From Opitutia bacterium (GTDB taxonomy: Bacteria > Verrucomicrobiota > Verrucomicrobiia > Opitutales > JANOBW01): a DNA stretch of 64,000 bases. Below the pieces are notes generated by a model, which worked only from the letters and a program-made list of their open reading frames with translations, was not told where the DNA came from and did not search any database. The translations under genes were made by a program, and so were the position numbers. Positions 35,881 to 43,899 of this stretch are shown one piece after another (within the stretch, counting starts at the first letter, position 1; every line of letters starts with the position of its first letter). The stretch spans positions 3,414-67,413 of the forward strand of contig JANOBW010000169.1 of assembly GCA_031411855.1 (NCBI GenBank), read 5' to 3'.

Positions 35881-36828
35881 TTAGGCGTTGATGATGGTTT
35901 GGGAGGCCTTCTCGCGGAGGGGGAGGCTGGCGTTGCGGATGTAACTGTCGAGGGCACCCTTGCCGCCTTCCGCGTGCATGGCGGAGAGGGTTTTGCTGAG
36001 TTCGAGCAGGGGGGAGGCCTCGGCCTGGGCCCGGTTTTCGGCGATCTGCACGGCCTGCTCGGCCATCTTGAGCTTCTGGTCGGCGTCGGCCTTGGCCTGG
36101 CTGATGGAGGCGGCCACCTGGTTCTGCGTGGTGTTGATGGAGGCGAGCGCCTCGTCCACATCGGACGGCGGATCAATGTTGGTGATCAGGGCGGCATCGA
36201 GATCAATCCCGTAACGGGCGGCGGTCTTGCGGCAGGAATCCTCCATGAAACTGTTGATGAGCGAGAGGTTGCGGCGCAGATCGTTGATCGAAACCCCCTC
36301 GACGGAACCTTCGGCGGCCTCGCCGTGGAAGGTGGCGATGCGGTCGCGCAGGACGGAGATGAAGTAGCCGACGACGTGGGCGGCCGGGTGCGAGATGCCG
36401 AAGAGGTAGGCGTAGAGGTTGCGTTCGCAGGGTTTCCAGCGGATCTGGCCGGAAATCTGGACGGTGAGGTTGTCCTTGGTCACCGCCTCGATGGAATCCT
36501 GGCGGATTTCCGGGTCCCAGGTGATGTCCACCGTCTGGATGGTCATGTCCACCTTGTAGAGCTTCTGCCACGGCCACTTGAAGTAGGGGCCGCCGGGCGG
36601 GATGACGCGGACGCCGGGATAGTTGTAGCGGGACTTCTCCTCCTCCGTGAGAAGGGCTCCCAGCTGGGGGTCGTCCGCCGTGGAACCTTCGGTGCGCTGA
36701 GCCCGGCCGAAGGTGGTGAGCACGCCTCGTTCGGTCGGGCCGATGGTGTAAACCCCGACGATGAGGGTGAGAATGGCGGCGAGGCCGAAACCGAGGGCGA
36801 GGCCGAGTATCATGGCGGAGGGTGGCAT
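35881..36828 (-). CDS. SPFH/band-7 domain membrane protein (first of a tandem pair)
   Basis: ATG at 36828 (MPPSAMILGLALGFGLAAILTLIVGVY, a TM anchor). It has GPTERGVLTTFGR, AVTKDNLTVQISGQIRW, YGIDLDAALITNIDPPSDVDEAL, and an Ala/Gln-rich coiled coil. Confidence 0.75.
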   Translation of the reverse strand: MPPSAMILGLALGFGLAAILTLIVGVYTIGPTERGVLTTFGRAQRTEGSTADDPQLGALLTEEEKSRYNYPGVRVIPPGGPYFKWPWQKLYKVDMTIQTVDITWDPEIRQDSIEAVTKDNLTVQISGQIRWKPCERNLYAYLFGISHPAAHVVGYFISVLRDRIATFHGEAAEGSVEGVSINDLRRNLSLINSFMEDSCRKTAARYGIDLDAALITNIDPPSDVDEALASINTTQNQVAASISQAKADADQKLKMAEQAVQIAENRAQAEASPLLELSKTLSAMHAEGGKGALDSYIRNASLPLREKASQTIINA

Positions 36829-36992
36829 GGTGGGAAAGGTGGGTGGAATGACGCCTGGGGCGGTGTTATGTTTCGTGAAACCTATCGGCCGGGCCGTGTG
36901 GCGGCACAACTGCAAACGGAAGCCGATGCTGCGGACGCAAACGGACCGACTGTTTTTCAGTAACCCTTTGGTTTCCGGCGGTTTGGTTCAGC

Positions 36993-37901
36993 ATGAGAAG
37001 CCGTCGTCCCCGTGTTTTCCGCCCCTTGGCCTCGGGAGTGATTTTGACCCTGATCCTGACCCTGGTCATGCGGGCAGGGGAAACCCCGCCGGCCCCCCAC
37101 CAGGCCGAAGTTTCCCCACCTCCTCCCGGGCCCGACCTGTGCGAACCGTTTATTTACCATCCCCGGCCGGTTGGGGCCGATCTTGGCCGGCGGCTCGCGG
37201 CGGTGGTCGGACGCAAACTGCCCTACGTCAACGCGCAGGGCCGGCAAACCGCCTACTGGGTGCCTCCCCTGAAGCAAACCGGCCGCCTCCCTGACGCCGT
37301 CTGGATTCTGACGGCGGGAAACGGCTCGCTGGCCACCGACTGGCTTGAGGCCACGCGGGAAAGTTCGCCCCGCATCGGGTGGCTTCTTGTGGATTACCCA
37401 AGCTACGGCGAGTGTGAAGGTCACCCGAACCCCGACCGCATCCGGGCCAACTATGAGGATGCCTATGGATTGCTGGTCAGGGAGTTAAACACCAGCCGGG
37501 AGGAACTGCTGCCGCGCACCGGGGCTTTCGGCCATTCGCTCGGCGCGGCCGCCGCCCTCGACGGCGCCGCCACCCTGGGGCTCAAACGCGTCGTGGTTCT
37601 GGCACCCTTCACCAGCCTGCGGGATATGGCGCGAAAAATCGCCGGAAACTGGAGCGTCCTCGTGACCCACCGCTACGACAACCGGGCCCGGATTGACACC
37701 CTGGCCGCCGCCGGCGCGAAGGTGGTGATCTTCCACGGGACGGACGACGAGGTCATCCCCTTTGCGCAAGGGGAGGCCCTGGCCCGGAGGCAGCCCCAGG
37801 CGGTGGAACTGGTCCGGGTGGAAGGGGGGAACCACAACAACCTGCCCCGCCTCGCCACATCCCGGATTGGGGCCGCGCTTGGGAAACTCTCCGGATTCTG
37901 A
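36993..37901 (+). CDS. secreted or anchored alpha/beta-fold hydrolase
   Basis: N-terminal hydrophobic segment (VILTLILTLVMRA), nucleophile elbow GHSLGAAAAL, FHGTDDEVIPF, and a late His (GGNHNN). Confidence 0.7.
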   Translation: MRSRRPRVFRPLASGVILTLILTLVMRAGETPPAPHQAEVSPPPPGPDLCEPFIYHPRPVGADLGRRLAAVVGRKLPYVNAQGRQTAYWVPPLKQTGRLPDAVWILTAGNGSLATDWLEATRESSPRIGWLLVDYPSYGECEGHPNPDRIRANYEDAYGLLVRELNTSREELLPRTGAFGHSLGAAAALDGAATLGLKRVVVLAPFTSLRDMARKIAGNWSVLVTHRYDNRARIDTLAAAGAKVVIFHGTDDEVIPFAQGEALARRQPQAVELVRVEGGNHNNLPRLATSRIGAALGKLSGF

Positions 37902-37988
37902 GGGCGGTTTTGTTTCTTCGGTGAAACAACTCCTCCGTTCGATAACGCTTGGCCTTGCCCTCACCGACCATCCCCGGACCTTCCCTGC

Positions 37989-40109
37989 ATGAAACCTGCC
38001 GCCACCATCCTCCTGTCCTCCCTCGTCTGTTTTGCCGGAGGGTGGGTGGCCGCCACGCGTTTCTCGGACTCAGCCGAACGGTCGGCACCCGTTTCCACCG
38101 GGCCGTCCTCCGCGTCCGCGGTCCGCAAAAAAACTTCGTCAACCAAGGAAGTTTCCCCGGACCCGGGCCCGCCCGCCGCCGGCGCGACCTATGGCGAGCT
38201 CATGGAAAACTTCCGCGGCGGATCGGACCTGTCCGCCCAGGGCCGGATGGCCTCCTACGCGGCCGGACTCAAACTCAATGAGGTGAAAAAGGCCCTGGAG
38301 CAGTTCAAGGGCATGGGATTCGGCGCGGATCCCCGCATGTCGGCGCTCCAGGGCATGCTTTACCAGCGCTGGGCCGAGATTGACAACGCGGGTCTGCTCG
38401 CCGCCTCCCGCAGCACCGGGGACATGATGGCCCGCTTCCTGGGCGGCTCGGCGGCGGTGCGGCAGATGGCCCGGCAGGACCCGGTAGCGGCTTGGAAGGA
38501 GGCCGAGTCCTTCGGCTCCCGTTCCTGGGGCATGACGGAGTCCGTCATCAGCGAAATCCAGGGGACGAATCCGCGCCAGGCCCTCGACCTGATCAAGCTG
38601 TCGAAATCCCGCGAATCCATCTGGAACGTGTCGGGACTGATGGCGTCCTGGGCGGCCACCGATCCCCAGGGGGCTTCGGCCGCCGTCGCGGAGCTTCCCC
38701 CGGGTGAACTCCGCGGCCGTGCCCTCAGTTCGATTGCCTCGGGGTGGGCGGCCCGGGATTTCAACGCCGCCTTCGCCTGGGCCGGTTCGCTGGCCAACCC
38801 GGGGGAACGCTCCAACGCGCTGGGCGAGACACTGCAAAGTCTGGCCCAAAACGATCCGGGCCGGGCCACCGCCTTTCTCGACGGGACGGAGCTCGGGGCC
38901 AGCCGCTCCGCCGTCCTGACCCAGATCACCACCACCCTGGCCCTGAAAAACTTCGACCAGGCGGTCGAGTTCGCCCTCGGCCGGGGGTCGTTCCAGGACA
39001 AGTCCAACGCCCTCTCGTCCCTGGGCCGGGCCCTCACTCCCGAAAACCGCGACCGCTTCATCGCCCTGGCCGAAAGCCTCCCGGCCAACCTGGCCAAGGT
39101 GGTTTACCAAAGCGCCGTTTCCGACCTCGTTTACAGCAACCCCACGGAGATGAGGGCCCTGATTGACCGCATTCCCCAGGCCTCCATCCGGGAGTCCGTG
39201 ACCCAGCGCGCGGTGGACCGCCTCGACTGGACCGCGCCCGAGGAGGCCCTCGCCCTCTTCAACACCCTCCAACCCTCTTCCCAGAAGGCCGACGACGCCG
39301 GCAACATCGCCAACTATCTGGCTACCTACGCCCCGGAAAAGGCCCTCGCCTGGGCCGATACCCTGACCAACCCCGCGCTCAAGAAATCCGTCCTCTCCCG
39401 CACCCTGGCCGCCTGGGCGGAAAACGATCCCGCCGCCGCCACGGCCCGGCTGGCCACCATCACCGATAACGAGCTCCGCCTCGAAATCACCCGTTCCATC
39501 GCCGGCGGCATGGTCGGGCGCAGCCTCACCGAGGCGGAAAAATGGGCGTCCGGCCTTTCCGGCTCGCAGCGCTCCGCCGCCATGGCGGCCGTGGTCGAAG
39601 CCGCCTCGCACCAGGACCCGGCCCGCTCCGAAAGCCTCTACCAGGCCTTTGCCGCCGGCCTCAGTCCCGAGGATGCGGCCCGCTCCGAAAACCACGAGGT
39701 GGCCCGCACCATCGCCGCCCGCACGGCCGAGACGGATCCCGCCAAGGCCGGCATCTTCGCCGCCTCCCTGCCCGAGGGCGGGGCCCGCGAGCAGGCCCTC
39801 GCCGGTGTGGCCAAAACCTGGGCCGGCTACGATCCCGGCGCCACCTCGGCCTGGATAGACACCCTGCCCGCCGGCCGGGGCCGTGATCTCGCCGCCCAAA
39901 ACCTCGTCACCACCGTGGCCCACGACGACCCCGACAGCGCCTGGGCCTGGACCGCCAGCATCTCCGAGCCCGACCTGCGCCGCTCCACCGCCGCCACCGT
40001 CCTCCAGGCCTGGAAGGAAAACGGCCGGAAAGCCGACGCCCTCAAGGCCCTTGAATCGGCCGGTTTCACCCCGGAGGAAAAAAGGGAGCTGACCCGCAAG
40101 CTCGACTGA
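37989..40109 (+). CDS. membrane-anchored helical-repeat protein with a repeated WAxxDPxxAxxW motif (function unknown)
   Basis: N-terminal TM helix (ILLSSLVCFAGGWVAA). At least 9 copies of a roughly 35-40-aa unit, for example SWAATDPQGASAAV, GWAARDFNAAFAWAGSL, LAQNDPGRATAFL, AWAENDPAAATARL, TWAGYDPGATSAWIDTL and AHDDPDSAWAWTASI. Confidence 0.6.
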   Translation: MKPAATILLSSLVCFAGGWVAATRFSDSAERSAPVSTGPSSASAVRKKTSSTKEVSPDPGPPAAGATYGELMENFRGGSDLSAQGRMASYAAGLKLNEVKKALEQFKGMGFGADPRMSALQGMLYQRWAEIDNAGLLAASRSTGDMMARFLGGSAAVRQMARQDPVAAWKEAESFGSRSWGMTESVISEIQGTNPRQALDLIKLSKSRESIWNVSGLMASWAATDPQGASAAVAELPPGELRGRALSSIASGWAARDFNAAFAWAGSLANPGERSNALGETLQSLAQNDPGRATAFLDGTELGASRSAVLTQITTTLALKNFDQAVEFALGRGSFQDKSNALSSLGRALTPENRDRFIALAESLPANLAKVVYQSAVSDLVYSNPTEMRALIDRIPQASIRESVTQRAVDRLDWTAPEEALALFNTLQPSSQKADDAGNIANYLATYAPEKALAWADTLTNPALKKSVLSRTLAAWAENDPAAATARLATITDNELRLEITRSIAGGMVGRSLTEAEKWASGLSGSQRSAAMAAVVEAASHQDPARSESLYQAFAAGLSPEDAARSENHEVARTIAARTAETDPAKAGIFAASLPEGGAREQALAGVAKTWAGYDPGATSAWIDTLPAGRGRDLAAQNLVTTVAHDDPDSAWAWTASISEPDLRRSTAATVLQAWKENGRKADALKALESAGFTPEEKRELTRKLD

Positions 40110-40136
40110 GACGGCCGAGACCCATCCGGAGGAAAA

Positions 40137-40156
40137 CTCCCCGCGGGAGATTTTTT
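40137..40156 (+). terminator. weak hairpin plus T-tract after the repeat-protein gene
   Basis: CTCCC-CGC-GGGAG (5-bp stem) followed by ATTTTTT. The stem is short, so confidence is low. Confidence 0.35.
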
Positions 40157-40169
40157 CAAGCGGCGGCTT

Positions 40170-40191
40170 TACTTGGCCAAATCGCCAAGTA
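40170..40191. promoter_or_regulatory. perfect 8-bp inverted repeat 11 nt upstream of arsD (candidate ArsR/ArsD-type operator)
   Basis: TACTTGGC-CAAATC-GCCAAGTA. It ends 11 nt before the arsD ATG at 40202. Confidence 0.45.
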
Positions 40192-40201
40192 GTCTGCCCT
40201 C

Positions 40202-40543
40202 ATGAATCTGCAACCTCTGAGACGGCTGGAAGTGTTTGATCCCGCCCTGTGCTGTTCCACCGGCGTGTGCGGGACGGAGGTGAACCCCGACCTGGTCAAC
40301 TTCGCCTCGCTTCTGTCCCAGCTCCGGTCCCGGGGGGTGAAGGTGGAGCGCCACAATCTTGCCCAGCAGCCGCTGGCCTTCGCCCAGAACCCGGCCGTCA
40401 AGGGCCTGCTGGAGGCGGAGGGCACGGACGCTTTGCCGGTCATCCTCCTCGATGGAAAACTCTACCTGAAGGGCCGCTACCCGACGGCGGAGGAACGGCC
40501 CCCGCTTTACCGCGCCGCGACGGACGGGGAGAGCCAGCCATGA
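40202..40543 (+). CDS. arsD: arsenical resistance metallochaperone / trans-acting repressor ArsD
   Basis: LEVFDPALCCSTGVCGTEVNPDLVNF carries the Cys12-Cys13-Cys18 metalloid site. Also present are VERHNLAQQPLAFAQNPAVKGLLEAEG and LPVILLDGKLYLKGRYP. Confidence 0.9.
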   Translation: MNLQPLRRLEVFDPALCCSTGVCGTEVNPDLVNFASLLSQLRSRGVKVERHNLAQQPLAFAQNPAVKGLLEAEGTDALPVILLDGKLYLKGRYPTAEERPPLYRAATDGESQP

Positions 40544-42360
40544 ACCTTCCCCCCTATCTACCCGATCCGGCCACGGCCACCCGGCATCTGTTCTTCACCG
40601 GCAAGGGCGGGGTCGGCAAAACCTCCCTTTCCTGCGCCACCGCCCTGCGCCTGACCCGGGCGGGACGGCGCGTCCTCCTCGTCAGCACCGATCCCGCCTC
40701 GAATCTCGACGAAGTCTTGGAAACCCGTCTGACCAACCACCCTGCCCCCATCCCCGGCGCGCCCGGTCTGCACGCCCTCAACATCAACCCGGCGGAGGCC
40801 GCCGCCGCCTACCGGGAAAAACTCATCGGCCCCATGCGCGGGCTGCTGCCGGAACAGGCCCTGCGCTCGATGGAGGAGCAGCTGTCGGGGTCATGCACGG
40901 TCGAGATCGCCGCCTTCGACGAGTTTTCCGGACTGCTCGGTGATGATTCGATCACGAAAGATTATGACCACATCGTCTTCGACACCGCGCCCACCGGGCA
41001 CACCCTCCGGCTCATGGGTCTGGCCAAGGCCTGGGACGGGTTCCTGAACTCCAACCAAAGCGGCACCTCCTGCCTCGGACCCTTGGCCGGCCTCGACCGG
41101 CAGCGGGCCGTCTATGAGCGGGCCGTGGCCACCCTGGCCGACCCCGCCTCCACCTCGCTGGTCCTCGTCAGCCGCCCCCAGCTGTCCGCCTTGCGCGAGG
41201 CCGAACGGACTTCCCACGAGCTGCGCCAGCTCGGGCTCGCCAATCAGATATTGGTCGTCAACGGCGTGTTCCGCACCGACTGTCCCGGCGATGCCACGGC
41301 GCAGGCCATGGGGCGTCGCGGGGAGGCCGCCCTGGCCGCCGCCGCAGGTTTCATCGGCTCCCTGCCCTCGTTTGCGACCCCGCTCCGCGCCATCAACATT
41401 CTCGGACTGGAGGGGCTGCGCGTGCTTCTCGATGGCGGGGAGGTTTCCGCACCGCTTCCGGATGGGGCCTCGGCGGCGGATCTTCCGGCCGGCCGGCTGG
41501 AGCCTTTGTCCGCCCTCCTGGCCGACCTCGAAAAGGGCGGACGCGGGGTCATCATGACCATGGGGAAGGGTGGGGTGGGGAAAACCACCGTGGCCGCCGC
41601 CCTCGCCGTCATGCTGGCCCGGCGCGGGCATTCCGTCCACCTCTCCACCACCGATCCCGCCGCCCATCTGGCCCAAACCCTGGCCGGCCAGGTTCCCGGT
41701 CTTGAGTTGGGCAGGATTGATCCGGCCGTCGAAACGGAAACCTACCGCCGGGAGGTCATGGACCGGCAGGCACCCCTGTTGGACGAGGCCGCCCGGGCCC
41801 TCTTGGAGGAGGATCTGAGGTCGCCCTGCACGGAGGAAATAGCCGTCTTCCGGGCCTTTGCCCGCGAGGTCGGGAAGGGGAGGGACGGTTTTGTGGTCCT
41901 GGACACGGCCCCGACCGGCCACACCCTTCTGCTCCTCGACGCCAGCGAGTCCTACCAGCGCGAGCTGCAGCGCCAGGCGCGTTCCACCCAGCCCGACGAG
42001 GTGTTGCATCTGCTTGAACGTCTGCGGGATCCGGCTTTCACCCGCGTCCTTCTCGTCACCCTGCCCGAGGCCACCCCGGTCCACGAGGCCGCCTCCCTCC
42101 AGCAGGATCTCCGCCGGGCCCGCATCGAGCCGTTTGCCTGGGTGGTGAACCAAAGCCTGCTGGGCTGCGGCACCTGCGATCCCCTCCTCCGGGGGCGTGA
42201 ACAGTCCGAGCGCCGCTACCTTCGCGAGGTGGTGGAGCAGCACTCGAACCGCACCGTCTGGCTGCCCTGGGTCGCGGAGGAACCGGTCGGCTCCGACGCC
42301 TTGGAAAGGCTCGGTCAGAGGGCCCTCCCCGCCGCGCCGGCGCTCAGTTCCCCAGCCTGA
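40540..42360 (+). CDS. arsA: arsenite/antimonite-stimulated ATPase ArsA (two-domain)
   Basis: ATG at 40540 overlaps the arsD stop (ATGA). Both halves carry GKGGVGKT P-loops and DTAPTGHTL signature sequences. The three metalloid-binding Cys contexts known from R773 ArsA are all present: LSGSCTVEIAAFDEF, GTSCLGPLAGL and LRSPCTEEIAVFRAF. Confidence 0.95.
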   Translation: MNLPPYLPDPATATRHLFFTGKGGVGKTSLSCATALRLTRAGRRVLLVSTDPASNLDEVLETRLTNHPAPIPGAPGLHALNINPAEAAAAYREKLIGPMRGLLPEQALRSMEEQLSGSCTVEIAAFDEFSGLLGDDSITKDYDHIVFDTAPTGHTLRLMGLAKAWDGFLNSNQSGTSCLGPLAGLDRQRAVYERAVATLADPASTSLVLVSRPQLSALREAERTSHELRQLGLANQILVVNGVFRTDCPGDATAQAMGRRGEAALAAAAGFIGSLPSFATPLRAINILGLEGLRVLLDGGEVSAPLPDGASAADLPAGRLEPLSALLADLEKGGRGVIMTMGKGGVGKTTVAAALAVMLARRGHSVHLSTTDPAAHLAQTLAGQVPGLELGRIDPAVETETYRREVMDRQAPLLDEAARALLEEDLRSPCTEEIAVFRAFAREVGKGRDGFVVLDTAPTGHTLLLLDASESYQRELQRQARSTQPDEVLHLLERLRDPAFTRVLLVTLPEATPVHEAASLQQDLRRARIEPFAWVVNQSLLGCGTCDPLLRGREQSERRYLREVVEQHSNRTVWLPWVAEEPVGSDALERLGQRALPAAPALSSPA

Positions 42361-43738
42361 GCTCCCGGGTCTGGCCCGTGCCGTCCATGGCCACCACCTT
42401 GGTGGCGGTTTTCCCTCCCATCAGCGCGGTGATCTCTTCGAGCGTCAAGGTGATCTCCGGCGGCGCGTCGTCGCGAAACTCGCGGAAGGTGCGGATGTCG
42501 GGGCCTTCCCAGAAACCCAGCCAGCGCAGGCCGGCGGCCGAGGAAAACACGACGCGTTTCCCGGGTTCATCCAAGGTGATTTTGGGGCGCGAGGGGGAGG
42601 CCGGTGGCGGGCTGTCGGGTTGGAACCAGGGGCTCCAGCGCAGGTAGGAGGCGCTGACCGGCGAGAAGTAGCCTTCCTGGTCGGGCGGGAAGGTTTTCGG
42701 AGGTTTGCCCGGGAAACGGTCCTCGAAGACGAAGAAGCGGTTCAGCCGGTCGAACCCGCGGGTCATGATGCAGCGCGGGTCCTTGCAGTGGGGCAGGCCG
42801 AAGGTGTGGCCCATCTCGTGGAGCGTGGCGCCGAGCGTGGTCGAGGCCACGGCCCAGTAGGTCCCGCGGCCGGCGCTGTCCTCATGGACCCGGGCCGGGT
42901 CCACTTTCCGGTCGTCCAGAAAGGCGGCCTGGGCCCCGGCGATGCTGTCCGGCCAGGAGAAGACCGAGGCGCTGCCGAAGAGACCGAGGTTGCCCCCTCC
43001 CAGCGCGGTGTGGGCCATCATGCGGCCGGTGGCGGGGTCCTTGCGGGTGAAGGCGGCCAGGACCATGTTTTTGGCCAGCGGGTCCGGATGCGCGGTGTTG
43101 AGAAACTGGCCCACCTCCCTCCAGAAAAGCTGGTCGTCCTTCATCTGCTGGTAGTGGGCGGCTTCCTCCGGGGCCTTGATCGTATGGACCACCACCCGCC
43201 CCTTTTCGTCCGTTTCCAGGCTGAAAGTGCGGCGGCCGTAGCCGAGCTCGTTCATGCGTTCGGCGGTGAAACACTGGAGCAGAAGGCCGGCGGTGCGGAG
43301 GCGTTCGGCGTAGTTCTGCGGGTCGCCGTCTCCGGGCGTGGCGTAGTCCGTCGCGCCGGTTTTGTCCGCCAGCCAGATGAGCCGGACGTGGTGCGGGTTG
43401 GTCGCGGGCTCGTAGGTCAGGGTGAGTGTGACGGGCGCCTGGGAATGATCGGCGGCGACGGCCAGCTCGTTGCGGCCGGGACTGAGCCCGACCAGGATCT
43501 TGAAACGTCCGCCCTGGACCAACCCTTTGGCCACCAACGGCTTTCCGTTCCCGGCCTTTCCCGCCACCTCCACGCCGGTGTCGTCCGCCCCGGCCGTGCC
43601 GCGCAGCAGGACGACGGAATTCCGGACGGTGTCGCCGTCACGCAAGTTCTCCACCGCCAGGGGTTTGCCAGGGAGCGGCAGGCCGGGCGCGAGAAGGGCG
43701 AGGACGAGAAGGCGGCGGGGGCGGAGGGAGGAAACCAT
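42344..43738 (-). CDS. secreted metzincin-like zinc metalloprotease with an archaemetzincin-like Cys pair
   Basis: Signal peptide (RRLLVLALLAPGLPLPG). The zinc site is LHEMGHTFGLPHCKDPRCIM, i.e. HExxHxxGxxH followed by C-x4-C-x-M. Its 3' end overlaps the arsA 3' end by 17 nt, convergently. Confidence 0.65.
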   Translation of the reverse strand: MVSSLRPRRLLVLALLAPGLPLPGKPLAVENLRDGDTVRNSVVLLRGTAGADDTGVEVAGKAGNGKPLVAKGLVQGGRFKILVGLSPGRNELAVAADHSQAPVTLTLTYEPATNPHHVRLIWLADKTGATDYATPGDGDPQNYAERLRTAGLLLQCFTAERMNELGYGRRTFSLETDEKGRVVVHTIKAPEEAAHYQQMKDDQLFWREVGQFLNTAHPDPLAKNMVLAAFTRKDPATGRMMAHTALGGGNLGLFGSASVFSWPDSIAGAQAAFLDDRKVDPARVHEDSAGRGTYWAVASTTLGATLHEMGHTFGLPHCKDPRCIMTRGFDRLNRFFVFEDRFPGKPPKTFPPDQEGYFSPVSASYLRWSPWFQPDSPPPASPSRPKITLDEPGKRVVFSSAAGLRWLGFWEGPDIRTFREFRDDAPPEITLTLEEITALMGGKTATKVVAMDGTGQTRELRLGN

Positions 43739-43899
43739 CCGGGTTGCGACCCGGTCCGGCGGGGTTGGTTGCGACCTTATGGGCGCGATCCGGCCGCGGC
43801 CGGTGCCATCCGAAATTGCGCCCGCTGGCCGAAAAATAAGAGATTTGGGACTTTACCCAATGACGTTGTGATTAAAATGACCCATCCCCTTAACTCCCC

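Noticed and set aside
34995-36176. N-terminal extensions of track ORFs. Examples are the 103 extra codons on the SPFH gene, the 559-aa 'thiL', the 385-aa PEP-CTERM ORF, the 703-aa 'arsA' starting at 40249, and extra codons on recA, nadC, hisC and others.
   Set aside because: The extensions are Pro/Arg-rich, overlap upstream genes, and precede an in-frame ATG or GTG. Starting at that codon gives the canonical N-terminus or signal peptide of the family. I therefore used the shorter starts; they remain predictions.
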